DNA of 63,389 nucleotides, filler included, from Folioceros fuciformis (GCA_049999805.1; 5 parts of 5 records of this genome joined end to end with filler, not necessarily neighbours in it), one strand, 5' to 3'. Counted from the first letter of the whole stretch, positions 11,073 through 24,320 are shown. Program-made: numbers and translations. The notes: generated by a model from the letters alone, not told the origin.

Positions 11073-13860
11073 TACTTAATATGGCAAGTTCGTATGAAGA
11101 CAATTCTAGTTGGAAGAGGCATTAGGAGGATTGTAGACAGGACACTCCCGAAGCCCGATCCCAATGCCACACCTACTCCATCTGCCGCCAATGCCACACC
11201 TACTCCATCTGCCGTAGATATCGAGAAATGGGATTACCTTAACGATATTGCCGTGGGCACTTCTCATTAGTGGCCTGGACTCCAGCTTGGTACCTAGCAC
11301 GGAGTTCCTTTCAGATGCCTCAGCAATTTGGGAACAACTCTCCAACACCTACAATGTGAATAACGTTCTCACGTTATACAATGCCCACCATGAATTTAAT
11401 GCGCTCAAAATGAAGGTGGGAGACACCATAGCGGCCCATACCTCAAAGTTTTGCCACCTCCGTGGCTTGTTGGCTTCTTTTGGGGTCTGTTATGTCAGAG
11501 GCTGATGCGGCATCCTAGCTCCTCATGACCCTACCTCCATCCTACAACAACTTTGTGACTAGTCTTATGTTAGTCTCAAGTAAACAAGGTTAGAGTCAAC
11601 CCGATTCCTCACTTATTGTGGAGGAAATCATAGGGGCCCTCTACCAGCAAGAGCAAAGCCGCCTGAATATGGCAGGAAGCTCGAAAACAAGAACCGATAG
11701 GGCCTTGGCATTCAAGCTTAAGCCCAGTAGACCAGGGAGCAGTTATCGTCCACCTTCCACCCCTAAAGGCGAAGCATCCTTTGCTCCACCTCGACATCTA
11801 GGGAACTATAGTTGGTGTGGTGTTCCCGGCCACTGGTCCTGTGAGTGCCGTGAAAAGAAGGCAGGAGAGCCCCAAAAGGCAACCCTTCGGCAAGCTACAG
11901 CAGCTTCCACAACTGGAAAGGGTAAGCCCGAGAGCACCAAGCCCATTAAAATTCTTACTGTATGTCTCACCAACCAAGCCTCCAAGGACAAGGGCTGGTA
12001 TCTTGATAGTGGGGCCACCACCCACATCTGGAACAATAGTTCCCATTTTTCCCAATCGGACACACGACCGATTAAGGAGCGAGTCTTGCTTGGTGACGAG
12101 CAGAATCAAACCAGCCATACCATCCAGGGCTAGGGGGTCTGCTTGTTCGTTCTGCAAGATGGTACCAGGCTGATCTTAGACCAAGTGTTGTATGTCCCTT
12201 AGATGGGGAAAAACTTGCTCTCTATGAGTAAGCTTTTGAGGCAAGGTACCTTCGAGATGAGAGCCTCGAACGGTGAGTGCTGCTTCTTCCGACTATCTAA
12301 CCTTGACTTATGCACTTTTAAGGGGATTCCATAGGACGACCTCTACAAGCTGACCTTTGGCTAGGGACCTGACCCTCCCGTCTTCTGGGCCAACAGCACT
12401 CCTAACCAACCTCAATCCTTAGCCTCCCTGTGGCACGCAGAGTTAGGTCATGTGAATAAAAATAAATTGATAGCCATGTCTGTTCAGGACTGCTACCGGG
12501 AACCTCTACCAAGATGTTTTCGGAGCCTCCCTACCTGTGAATCCTGTGTGCTAGCTAAGCAATGGGAGCTCCCCTTCCCTACACACGCACACAAGGTGGA
12601 CATCACTCTAGCACTAGTGCATGCAGATATCTCCGAGAAAATCCATGAACAACCTTTAGAGGGGGCCTCAATATTACTTGTCCCTCACCGACAACTTTAG
12701 CAGGTACACTTGGACGTACTCTATGCACCTCAAGAGTGACACCTTCCACACCTTCATTGATTGGTTCATCACCGCTGAAAGGCAATGAGACCACACCCTC
12801 AAAATTATGCGAACAGACAACAGCATAGAGTTTGTCAACGACACCTTCAATAATTTTCTCTAGAGCAAAGGGATTGAATGCCAATTCATTGTGCCTTACA
12901 CACAACAGCAGAACGGTGTTGCAAAGAGAAAGAATCAAACTCTCCTTGGAATGACTTGAAGCATGGTCCTCTGGTCTGGTCTCCCTTCCAACTATTAGGC
13001 AGAGGTAATCGTCTTCACCACTTACATCTTGAATCGAGTTCTAACTAGCTCATTTCCTGGCAAAACGCCATACGAGGTCTTCTAGGGCAAGAAGCCTAGT
13101 ATTCTTCCTTAGAATTTTTGGCACTCTCGCCTTCGCCTACATTGCCTCCAAAAAGCGATGTAAGCTAGAAAATAGAGCTGAGAAATGGATCTTCATGGGG
13201 TATAGTGAGTAGGTGAAGGCATACAAGCTTTTTAACCCACATATTGGCTCCATCACACTTGCCAGGAGTGTCACCTTCTTGGAGTTAGCCGCGCCTCCCC
13301 CGCCATCCGACTTGGGCGCCCCTGCCTCAACTCCTATGGTTCCTTCCACGACCCCTACTAATTTGTTTTCTAAGTTCCCTTCAGATGACGGTGACGCTGT
13401 TCTCCTCGATGATTCCTCCTCCGACGATTTTGACACTCCAGCTCGAGGGGATCCTGACTCGCCAACCCCACTAGTGTCTCACCCTGACGATGGCATCCCG
13501 CCTCCAATTGTTGCTGCTCCCCCTAATCCACTCAGGCCGCCTTCTCGACCAATTGTGCTGGCTGCCCTTGATGCTGAGCCTCCCCTACATCTAGAAACAA
13601 GGTCTTAAAGCTCAAGAAGTGCATCAATGGATTAAAGCAAAGCGAAAGAGTTTGGTAACAACTATGCACCAGTACTTGATCAGTATCTCCTTCAAGCAGA
13701 ATGATGCCGACGGAAATGTTTATATGTTGACCCTAGGGGGTAGCTTTGTCCTCCTTGCCCTCTACGTTGATGATTTAATTCTTGCAACCAATAGCCCACA
13801 AATGCTAGAAGAAGTCAAGCAAACTCTCAGCTCAAGGTTTGACATGAAGCACATAGGACC
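11073..13860 (+). mobile_element. Degenerate Ty1/copia internal region (gag, zinc knuckle, protease, integrase, partial RT)
   Basis: Motifs WQVRMKTILVGRG, WCGVPGHWSCEC, WYLDSGATTH, LWHAELGH, PYTQQQNGVA and LALYVDDLIL, with many stops and frameshifts. Confidence 0.9.
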
Positions 13861-14999
13861 GTCCTTGTGTCATGACATCATTATTGGTAAGCCCCGGCTG
13901 GCCAAGCATACCCACACATTAGACATAGACTAGTTGTCTAACATAGTGAGTCTTACAAAGGGGGACAAGACATACACCATGCAGGGTGAACAGTATACCC
14001 CCGACAAACAGTTGTTTGCAGTATATGCTTTCAATATAGCCATTGCCTCTGGCAGGTTCATGTACGTAGCTAAGCTGAAAAAAGTCTTACCCCTAGAAGG
14101 AACCCCAGAGTCCAGAGCTGTAGAAGCCAAGGCTCATGAGGAACTCCTACCACCCACCATGAAGTCACTACTATAGGAGTTCCAAGATGTATTCACCGAA
14201 CCAGCAGAACTCCCCCCTAGACGTCCTATCGACCATGCCAGGAGCTCCTGCCAGGCCATAAACCCATCAGTATCCAGCGATACCGTACGTCAGCCACTGA
14301 AAACGAGGAAATAAAAAAACAAGTAGGCGAACTTCTACAGAAAGGGTTTGTATGCCCTTCAGTGTCCCCCTTCGGAGCCCCAGTCCTTCTTGTTGGCAAA
14401 CCAGATGGTGGTGGTTGGCGACTATGCATTGACTATCGAGGACTCAACCGGGGCACAGTCAGAAATGTCTACCAGATGCTGAGGATCGATGTGATCCTGG
14501 ACCAACTTCACGGTGCAAAGTGGTATACCAAGATTGATCTGAGATTCGGCTTCCACCTGATCAGGATCAAGGAAGGGGGATGAGTCTAAAACCGCCTTCC
14601 GCACAAGACATGGCCACTTCAAGTTTAAGGTCATGCCGTTTGGCTTGACAAACGCACCTGCAACATTCCAATGTCTCATGCAAGTCATCTTACGACCATT
14701 GTTGGGGCATGGCGTAGAAGTTTTCCTCGACGACATCCTCATATACACACCTGACCTAGAGAAACATTACACCTTGGTCAGAAAGGTACTTGAGCTGCTA
14801 CGTGCAAACAAGTTGTTGGCCAAAAGAAGTAAGTGTGACTTCATGAGGCAAGATTGTGAATACCTGGGCCACATCATTAGTGCAACATGTATCCAGGTAG
14901 ATCCCCGCAAGGTCAAAGCCATGGTGGACTGGCCCCTACCCCAGGATATCACACAACTACGTGGGTTCCTGGGCATGGCCGGATTTTACCGCCACTCCA
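13861..14999 (+). mobile_element. Degenerate Ty3/gypsy (chromovirus-like) protease end, RT and start of RNase H linker
   Basis: Motifs DIIIGKP, EFQDVF...LPPRR.IDH, SPFGAPVLLV...WRLCIDYRGLN, MPFGLTNAPATFQ, VFLDDILIY and LRGFLGMAGFYR. Confidence 0.9.
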
Positions 15000-16071
15000 T
15001 GTTGCGCTGCGGAAACACGTAAAGTGCACAAAACTTATATAAAAAGCATAATTGAATAAAGAGCCTAGTTCTCATATATACAATGTTAATTAACCCTCAG
15101 TTTAAGCTAACCAAACCACTAACCTAAGTCAGGGTAAAATAACTTACTTTAACACTCCCACTTAACCTGATTAGGTTAAATGAAAGCCTGTAAATACTCG
15201 TAAATGTTCTCAACAACCGTGAACACTACTGATCCTCGTGAATGACTATCCAACTTCTCATTCACACATGGCACTACGCATAAGAAGAGAAACGCGCTGG
15301 GAGAGAGGGCCAGATGCAGGAGACAGCTGGAACCTATGCTTGAAGCTGCATCGCGAGTCACCATCTCTCACACCGCATGGCGCGCATAGTTTCAAGCCAG
15401 CCACAGTCTAGAGTAGAGCAGGGGCCGTAGGAGAGCTGTGAGCTCTCCGGTGTCACAGACACTTCGCCAAGCAGCCCCGAACATCAGAAGCCTCTGTTGA
15501 CCTACCAGCGCCGGCAGTTGAAGAAAAAACTCGACTCCCACTGAATCTGGTGAATGCTCCGCAGGAAAGTGGCCGACCCAGACTGATAGGCTCCATGTAT
15601 TGCACTTGCAGGCCACAGCCAACAAATGCAAAGAGCTATCTAGGCTTCTAGCTAGAGCTAAGGCCACGACAGTGGAACTAATGGAAATGTTGACCAATGG
15701 TCCAGACAGCGAGATGCCAGCCATGTCATTGACGCAAGACGAGATCAAGGAAGTAGTCCGTGAGGTTGAAAAAAAATGAGAAGCAAGCAACAAGTGACGA
15801 GTTCTGAGGGCGAGTCATCAAGGTAAGCTGTAACAAACTGAATAATGCTATAGCTTCACCTGTCTGGCTCACTGATGCTGCAGGCCACGACTGAATTTTT
15901 CAGACTGTAAGGCTTCATCCACTGGACTAACAGCGAAATAAACTTTGGCTGTATGTGCAGGAACTAAAGCATGGTACACTGAAGGCAGGACAATTTGAAA
16001 CGACAGACTGTACAACATGAATAAAGTTCGACAGACACTCCTTCATCAGCTTCAATGTTCCAGAACACTGT

Positions 16072-19002
16072 TTAAGTTTTAGACGTAGGAATAGGGAGAA
16101 TGAACTCCCTAAGACCTAAACTGAAAAGATGCTGATAGTGCTTAGACTGGGGTAGCCCTTTTGTAAGGATGTCAGCAACATTACTGGCAGTAGCCACATA
16201 CTGAACTTTCACAAGGCCACGCTCTGCCACATCCCGGATATAATGGTGATAGAGTTCTATGTTATCGCAGAATAGTGCAGTGGCATTGGGTTGTGACAAT
16301 TTAATAGAGTCCAGGTACTGCCTCTCCCACTTCACTTCCTTGCAGGCATGAGTCAAGGCTTTGTACTCTGCCTCCGTTGAGGACAGAGCCAATGATGCCT
16401 GTTTCTTGCAGGACCAGTTGACTGACCCGGAAGCCAGGATACACACATAGGCGGACAGACTTCTCCTAGAATCAGCATCAGCTGCCCAATCGGCGTCTGC
16501 AAATGCTGTAAGTGAGAATTCCTTTCTCCCACTTGATACATAGTGAAGACCATAGTTCAAGGTACCCTTCAGGTACCTGTATATTCTTTTCACAGCATTC
16601 CAATGAGCCCTACCTGGATTTTTAAGGAACTGGGAAACCATACTGACTGCATATGAAATGTCTGGTCTGGTCCAGTTTGCACAAAAGATGAGGCATCCAA
16701 CAGCCTCTGCATAGGGAACCATGGCCATGTCTTCCTTATCAGTTGTAGATTGAGGTGACTGCTCCACGGTGAGCTTCTCTCCCACTACAGCTGGAGTGGC
16801 GGCTGGACGAGCAGACTCAAGATGAAAGCGAGTAAGTATTTCCTTCAAGTACTTAGTCTGATGAAGCACAATAGTTCCATGCTGCCTATCCCTCATATTT
16901 TGCACTCCTAAACAGGACTGGAGAGGGCCTTGATCGGTCATCTCAAACTCTGATCGAAGGAGATCTTTCACTTTATCAAGCTGTTGAAGGCTGTTACTCA
17001 AGAGAATTGCATCGTCAACATATAAAGCAAGGATCACAAACAGGTCTCCCTCTGAAAGGTAAAATACATTTGAGTCCGCTGGAGATTGATAGAAACCAGA
17101 GTTCCTTAAAAACTTCATAATCCGTTTGAACCAGGCCCTTAGACTCTGTTTTAACCCATAAATTGTCTTAAGTAATTTACAGACCTTGTTCGGATGCTCC
17201 CTGCTTACAAAACCTTCAGGTTGTGTCATGTACAGAACTTCCTCCAACTCACCATGAAGAAAAGCGGTGCAAACATCCATTTGGTGAAGCTCCAAATTGA
17301 ATTCCACTGCCATGGCTAATAGAATACGAACTGATGGCGGCTTCACCACAGGAATAAAGGTATCCCCATAATCAATTCCTGGAATTTGACTAAAGCCACG
17401 TGCAACCAGTCTGGATTTGTACCTAGCTATGGTTCCATCAGCATTGAGCTTTGTTTTAAACACCCACTTGCATGTTATTGGCTTTCTTCCAGGTGGCAAA
17501 TCCGCAAGCTCCCAAGTGTTGTTCTTTGTCAAAGAATTATATTCGTCAGCTATGAAGATTCGCCAGTGTTCGCCATCAGGCCCATCCAGGGTCTCCCTAT
17601 ATGACAGAGGGTCTGGCCTCACTTCAGGTATAGAGATAGCTGCTATATGTGCTGATGGTTTTTGAAAGTCTATTGATTGATATGGTTGCTCACTCCACTG
17701 ATGCCTTAACCGACGTTCTCTCTTAGGGTAACGAGGAGGTACAACAGTTGGAGTAGGTGAGTCCACTACTGAGACTGGATTAAGTACATGGTCACGTGTG
17801 GAATCCTCATCAGATTGAGAATCAAAGGCAAGGGAAAAACTACCATCAGCTGACAAATGGTCAAACGCCTCAGCTGTTTGATCGGTTGCTTGATCACCCA
17901 CTTCCTCTGAATTTGTATGTTGAAATATAGGAGGTTGATCACCAGCATCAAGGACAGCTGATTCAATAGAAGGCTGAGAATGCAATTCACCATCTATATG
18001 CAATTCACCATCTGACTGTGGGAACATAGAATCACTGGAAGACTCCTCTAGCACATCATCCAAGGGGATAGCAAGAGAATCAGTAGGAGAGTTTGACCGA
18101 GACCGAGTAATCTCCTTAAAGGTAACACTACGTGCTAGTGTAAGCTTATGAGTCTGGGGGTCAAACAGTTTATAAGCTTTGGATTCTTCTGAGTAGCCAA
18201 GAAATATGTGAGGCTTAGCCCTATGATCTAACTTCCCCCTCTTGGCTTCAGGAATGAATGCAAAGGCTGGTGATCCAAAAACCCGAAGATGCAGAAGACT
18301 TGGCTTGTGGCCCCAAAAGGCCTCATAAGGTGTTCGACCAGGGAGAGCGGAAGTCACAATCCTATTCAAGATATACGTGGCTGCAACCACTGCCTCTGCC
18401 CAGAAAGATTTTGGGAGACCAGCCCAAGCCAACATACTTCTAGTCATCCCCATCAAGGTCTAATTCTTTCTCTCAGCAACACCATTTTGTTGTTGTGTAT
18501 AGGGAACTGAGAGTTGGCGAATGATGCCATGATGTTGAAAGAGATCATCAAACCTGCGACCAGTGAATTCGCCGCCATTGTCCGTGCAAAAACACTTAAC
18601 CAGATGTCCAGTTTGTCTCTGAACCATAGGGATCCAGGAGGAAATTTGCTCAAAGGCATCGCTCTTAAGCCATAAAGGAAAAGTCCAGGTGTAGCGTGAA
18701 AAGTCATCTGTCAGCGATAGGTAATATTCAGACCCACCAAGAGACTTTACTGGAAGTTTCCTTGCAAGATCTGCATGTATTAACTCAAGGGTTGCCTTAG
18801 CTCTTGTAGCCATCTGATTCTTAAAAGGTTGTTCCTTCTGTTTAGACAAGATGCAGGCACTGCAGGGATCAAGATGCTTAAAACACGAAGGAAGTTTCTC
18901 ACGGTAACAACTTGAGTGAGACATAAGATTGAGTTTCGACTTGTTAACATGACCTAGACGGGCATGCCACAGACTGGCCTGAAGAGGACTGGCAGCAACC
19001 AA
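16072..19002 (-). pseudogene. Copia integrase-RT-RNase H with an in-frame stop at 18460-18462 and a small RNase H deletion
   Basis: Motifs LWHARLGH, TDNGGEF, QQNGVAERKN*, KSRLVARGF, QMDVCTAFLHG, LYVDD, ADADWA and ADILTK. The usual segment between CDN and the KHI motif is missing. Confidence 0.92.
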
Positions 19003-19076
19003 AGCCCGAACACTATAGGAAGAGGAAATGTGAAGCTAATATAAGTCATCCTCCAAAGTGGCTTCGGCAAGGTATT

Positions 19077-20546
19077 TCATGGTTCTTGAATTCTATAAAT
19101 GTAGCAGTGCTTATGCTCAAAGCCAAAGCCATACTGACCAGTGGACGTGACTGCCCTTACAGACAACAGGTTCTTACTCATAGTAGGAACATACAGGACA
19201 TCAAACAGCTGCAAGGAAGTGCCATCTAACAAAGGTATGCTAGCCTGGCCACTACCTTCAACCTCAAGTCCTCGTGAGTCTCCAACATAAACTGTATGAA
19301 AAGGAGTTTGATAGCTGAATTTGGAGAATAACTTCCTGTTATTACAGATATGTGAGGTGGAACCAGAGTCCACAAACCACATAGAGGAATTCTCACTGCT
19401 TGAAGTGAGACATACAGTAAGAACAGAACTGCTGCTCTTATGTTGCTGTTGTGTAGGAGATGCTCCCTTAGTACTCACATGAGCCACAGGACGAGCCTCC
19501 TTCTTCGCTTCACCTGCCTTTTTCTTCCTGCAATCACGCTCCCAGTGACCAGGAATTTGGCACCAGTTACAGGTGCCCTGTCTTTTCACAACAGAAGAAG
19601 AAGACTGGCCAGGTGAAGATCCCCCTTTTTTATTCTTATTGCTGCGCCATGGTCCTTTCCCTTTTGCAACGTATAGCACCTTCTCTCCCCGGAGGCGAGA
19701 CGAAGGCCCTGACTTTTGGCGGCTTTGTTCCTCTTGCAGGAGAGCCCCAATTAAGTCATTCAACGTGATTAGAGAAGGTCTACCAGTACTCACAGCCGCA
19801 TAAGAAGCTCGAATAGAGGTATTCTGATTTGACACGAAGTTCTGATAGGAAGCTGGTAAGCTGGATAACAGTTGTGCAACTGCATCCACTTCTGACATTG
19901 TGCATCCAAGAGCAGCTAACTGGGATCGCAGGTGGCGAAACTTCACTATATGTGGTCCTACTAGATCTCCGTCACTCAGCTTAAGGCCATAGAACTCATT
20001 TCTTGCATATACAAGTGTAAGAATGTTCTGGACCTGATATGTGTCCTTCAGCTGTGTCCAAACTTCAGCCGCCGTTGGTAAGGATTCCACTTCAGTCACT
20101 GTTGTTTCATCCAAACCTGAGAGTAGAATAGCAAAAGCTATTTTGTTTCCCTTTTTCCACTTCTCCACCATGTCCTGTGTGACTCCAGGAGCAGCGGGAT
20201 TAGGCTTTGGAGCAGAACCATCAACATATTCCCATACATCTCTGGCGTCCAAGAAGGCCTTCATCCGGGCACGCCAGCTTTCAAAACGGGAAGGTTTTCC
20301 ATCAAAACGATCCTTTTCTTTAAACTCTCCGGAGCATGTAGCTCCTAGCACAGTCATGATGGAAGTAGGAACCATAGGTGGAGGAGAGAGAGCTGGAGTA
20401 GCTCGTGCTAGCTCTACAAGTGATGAAGTGAGCTGTGCATGTAATCTGGCTTGTTCTTCAGCTTCTGAATCAGTAGAGACATATCTATCTGCAGGGTCAG
20501 ACTCAGCTATGAAATCTAACTCACTGTTGGAAGATGAGACCGACAT
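19077..20546 (-). CDS. Copia gag-protease ORF
   Basis: WRARMKAFL, the CCHC knuckle CNWCQIPGHWERDC and the protease motif WFVDSGSTSH. It ends at a frameshift. Confidence 0.9.
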   Translation of the reverse strand: MSVSSSNSELDFIAESDPADRYVSTDSEAEEQARLHAQLTSSLVELARATPALSPPPMVPTSIMTVLGATCSGEFKEKDRFDGKPSRFESWRARMKAFLDARDVWEYVDGSAPKPNPAAPGVTQDMVEKWKKGNKIAFAILLSGLDETTVTEVESLPTAAEVWTQLKDTYQVQNILTLVYARNEFYGLKLSDGDLVGPHIVKFRHLRSQLAALGCTMSEVDAVAQLLSSLPASYQNFVSNQNTSIRASYAAVSTGRPSLITLNDLIGALLQEEQSRQKSGPSSRLRGEKVLYVAKGKGPWRSNKNKKGGSSPGQSSSSVVKRQGTCNWCQIPGHWERDCRKKKAGEAKKEARPVAHVSTKGASPTQQQHKSSSSVLTVCLTSSSENSSMWFVDSGSTSHICNNRKLFSKFSYQTPFHTVYVGDSRGLEVEGSGQASIPLLDGTSLQLFDVLYVPTMSKNLLSVRAVTSTGQYGFGFEHKHCYIYRIQEP

Positions 20547-21767
20547 GCACAGGTCTGCGAAGCTTCAATTCCAAGCTTTGAAGAGTAATAACTAGTAAGT
20601 TACTAGAACTCCACCTCCTCCTTTTGCTAAACCCTAACTTGAGTTTTTTTTTTTTTTAATTAAACAAAGCAACGGTCCGTCCATAGCTCTTCGCGAGGGG
20701 CCACAACTCTTCGCCAACAGACAATCCAGTTGAATCAGCGCGCAAAGGTGGCATCACACTGAGCACGCTAAAGGCAGGCGTGAGGTCTCTACGCGCCGCT
20801 CAATATCTGCTGCTTAATTCTGGTAGGGGCGTTACCCTAGGGCGAGCACTCAGAAATGACGCTCCACCACAAGAAGAATAACGCGCCCCTCCAAATCTGA
20901 GTAAGATTCACAGCAAGTTGGGCTCTCGCACCTGGCGAGATGATTGCAAGGATGGCGGATACATTGTAACCACATGATCGTGAGCAGAGGATCCAGTAGA
21001 GCTTGGAATTTGCTTCAAAGTCTTCGATGAATTGCGAAATAGGGAGTTCTGCATTGACGTAAGTCGATAAGAGATCTGCGTGTTGTAATCAGTTAACACT
21101 TGCACGATCCTGAGAATTTCTCCCTGCAGATTCAGTACAGCCAACAGCGCTGCACGAAATTCATCAGAAAAATGACAAAACAGCTCCGAAACACCACAAT
21201 TACAAGTGTGTTGTGATGCCTTGGAGCCTATCAATGGAAAACGAAGGAATCCTTGTCCTTTCCTAGGATTCGCACAAGGACCTATCACAGTTTGCACCTT
21301 ACTGTCACCAACATGAGTGTTTCTAACAAGCCGTCTTGTTTGTTAATTCAGATTAGGGGGAGGACGCGAAGGACGCTCATAAGACAACCGCCCTCTGCCC
21401 CTAGCCATTGAATTTCCACATACAGAGATATTGAGAAATACTCATAAGGGATGTAGGACAAAGTAATTCATATTAAGTATAGGAGACTCCTAGATAAGAC
21501 ACACGCGTTTTCCATCTAGCAAAATTGTTGAATGGAACTATTGTGTGTAGCCATCTAGTTTTTTTTTTTTTTTTTGAAAAAAAAGGACTGCCATGGCTCT
21601 GATACCATGTTGCACTGCGGAAGCACGTAAAGTGCACGAAACTTATATAAAAAGCATAATTGAATAAAGAGCCTAGTTCTCATATATACAATGTTAATTA
21701 ACCCTCAGTTTAAGCTAACCAAACCACTAACCTAAGTCAGGGTAAAATAGCTTACTTTAACACTCCA

Positions 21768-22980
21768 TCCAATGTGGTCCTCTATGTGGATGATATGCTA
21801 ATTGTTGGGACTAGCAGTAATGAGATTTCAGCGTTGAAGACAAAGTTGAATGCTCGCTTTGATATGATAGACTTGGGAGAGGCAAGCCATATTCTTGGCA
21901 TGCGTATTTGTCGAGACAAACATAAGCATTTGCTTTACTTATCTCATATTGAATACATTAACAAGGTGCGTCAATGTTTCAATATGGAGAAGGGGAAGGT
22001 ATTGAGTACTCCGTTGCCTCCATATGTGAAACTTTCGAGCAAAGATTGCCCAAGCTCTGCGGAGGACAAAGCTGAAATGGAGACGGTTCCATACTCATCA
22101 GCTGTAGGGAGTTTGATGTATGCAATGATTGCTATACGCCCTGACATTTCTTTTGCAATGGGAGTGGTTAGCAGGTTAATGTCAAGCCTTGGCAGGAAGC
22201 ATTGGGAGGCAGTGAAAGGAGTTATGAGGTACTTAAATGGTACAAAAGCTTTGTGCTTATGTTTTGGTAGTGAAGATGCATCTGTTGTGGGATATACGGA
22301 TGCTGATTATGCAGGGGATATGGACAAAAGAAGGTCCACATCAAGTTATGTCTTCATGTGCACTAGAGGGGCAATCTCATGGCGATCTCGTTTGCAATCG
22401 TGCATAACGCTATCTACCACAGAGGCTGAGTATGTTGTAGGGACTGAGGCGTCCAGGAAGCCATGTGGCTTGCTTGTTTAGTGGGAAATTTGGGGATCAA
22501 GGTTGAGCTGCTAGTGTTGCATTGTGATAGCTAGAGTGCTATCTAATTGGCGAAGAATCCAGTGTTTCATGGAAAGAGCAAACATGTGGAAGTAAAGTAT
22601 CACTTCATTCGAGAGGTGTTGGAAGACAAGAGGGTACAGCTTGTCAAAGTTCACACCATTCAGAACCCTGCATATGTTCTTACTAAGGGGCTCTCTATAG
22701 AGCAATTCGCACAAGCTCGGACACTCATGGGCATGGGGCAGACCACTCTCTTTTGAAGGTAAATTGGCCTTTAAGTGGGAGGTTGTAGGGTTATTAAAGC
22801 CCAATGTGCTTAGACTAATGTGTTTAGTCTAAGATTAGTGTCGAGTTAAGTATCATTTGGTTAGATTAGCTTAAGCTAATCTGTAGGAAGCTTCTTGCGC
22901 AGCTTCCTGTGCGCTTCTTGTGAAGCTTCCTTGGGAGCTCTTCTAGAGAGTATAAATACCCCCCTTGAGCTCCCTTGCAA
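21768..22980 (+). mobile_element. Copia family A 3' part: RT-RNase H, PPT and truncated 3' LTR (22784-22980)
   Basis: VLYVDDML, GYTDADYAGD, LSTTEAEY and KSKHVEVKYHFIRE. PPT AAGTGGGAGGT is followed by TGTAGGG. Confidence 0.9.
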
Positions 22981-23528
22981 TTCTCCATATTCTTCATGTT
23001 CACCTCTTCTGTTAACAGGCTACCTTCTACATTTACAATGGTGAGACCACTGGCAGGAGCGGAATTACTCGGAGCTGTATAGAAGGTGTCCCAACTCTTT
23101 GGTAATGTGACCAACAGAAACATAGCTCTCAAGGAATCTGGGAATGAGATACCTTGAGATGAGAGCTGGCTGAAAATGGTATTGAACTCATTCGGATGGT
23201 CGCAAATCCTCGTCCCTTCCTTCATCTTCAAGTACACCAGCTGTTTCAACCAGTACACCTGAGAAGCGGCACTTTGTTTCTCATACAGGTCAAACAACTT
23301 CTGCCATAGCTTGTAACTTGACGAACCCAAGCATCAATGGCAGTCGGATTAGCGGAGGGCTTGGGAATGGTTCCCTCCACAATGGGGAGAAGATCTCGAG
23401 TGTTGAGCATAGTCTTCATGCGCTTTGACCACACCTCAAACTTCGTACCGTTAAATCTATCCTTTTCCTTGAAGACATGTCTGTATTGATATTAACGATG
23501 TTGAAGTAAGGTTGAAGTGGGGGGATAC
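22981..23528 (-). mobile_element. Copia gag fragments
   Basis: KDRFNGTKFEVWSKRMKTML and LWQKLFDLYEKQSAASQVYWLKQL...LLVTLPKSWD. Confidence 0.8.
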
Positions 23529-23628
23529 NNNNNNNNNNNNNNNNNNNNNNNNNNNNNNNNNNNNNNNNNNNNTTAATTAATTAANNNNNNNNNNNNNNNN
23601 NNNNNNNNNNNNNNNNNNNNNNNNNNNN
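23529..23628. other. Artificial contig-joining spacer (N44-TTAATTAATTAA-N44)
   Basis: Six-frame stop linker centred in 100 nt. Confidence 0.95.
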
Positions 23629-23872
23629 CTGATTATGCAGGGGATATGGACAAAAGGAGGTCCACATCAGGTTACATCTTCATGTGCACAGGAGGGGCAG
23701 TCTCATGGCGATCTCATTTGCAATCATGCATAACGCTATCTACCACAGAGGCCGAGTATGTTGCAGCGACTGAGGCTTGCAAGGAAGCCATGTGGCTTGC
23801 TCGTTTAATGGGAGATTTGGGGATCAAGGTTGAGCTGCCAGTGTTGCATTGTGATAGCCAGAGTGCTATTCA
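23629..23872 (+). mobile_element. Copia family A RNase H fragment
   Basis: DYAGDMDKRRSTSGYIF...LSTTEAEYVAA...LHCDSQSAI. Confidence 0.9.
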
Positions 23873-23899
23873 CACCGCACACCGCACCAATACTCCTTG

Positions 23900-24320
23900 T
23901 AGTATACCTACTATTGAAGCGGATGCTAGCATATGTCCTGTACTCTACATTAATTGTCCTTCTATACCTACTAGTGAAGCCAATGCTAGCTATTTGTCGC
24001 CATTGAAGCCAATGCTGGCTATTTGTCGCCATTGAAGCCAATGCTAGCTATTTGTCCTATACTCCACACAAATTGTCTTCTTATACCTACCATTGAAGTC
24101 AATGCTAGTTGTCTGTCTTATACTCCTCAGGAATTGTCCTCCTATCGTATCATTGAAGCCAATGCTAGTTCTCTATCTTATACTCTACATTAACCAATGC
24201 CCGATGCAAGGCAATGTCCTCCTATCATATCATTGAAGCCAATGCTAGTTCTCTATCTTATACTCTACACTAACNNNNNNNNNNTTCTCTATCTTATACT
24301 CTACACTAACCAATGCCCGA
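23900..24320. repeat. Degenerate tandem array of about 60 bp with 29-bp sub-repeats (ATTGAAGCCAATGCTAG core)
   Basis: The core recurs about 8 times. Confidence 0.8.

Larger units (their letters stand above)
15000..21762 (-). mobile_element. Full-length Ty1/copia retrotransposon (6763 bp), now mutated
   Basis: 155-bp LTRs at 15000-15154 and 21608-21762 (TG...CA, 4 transitions between them). TSD CTCCA at 14995-14999 and 21763-21767. tRNA-Met PBS TGGTATCAGAGC at 21596-21607 and PPT AAGTGGGAG at 15155-15163. Confidence 0.97.

Noticed and set aside
19002-19080. Programmed frameshift or read-through between gag-protease and integrase
   Set aside because: Copia gag-pol is normally one ORF, and further stops (about 19037 and 18460) and an RNase H deletion indicate decay.
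23573-23584. TTAATTAATTAA palindrome as a regulatory or piggyBac target site
   Set aside because: It is embedded symmetrically in Ns four times, so it is an artificial linker.
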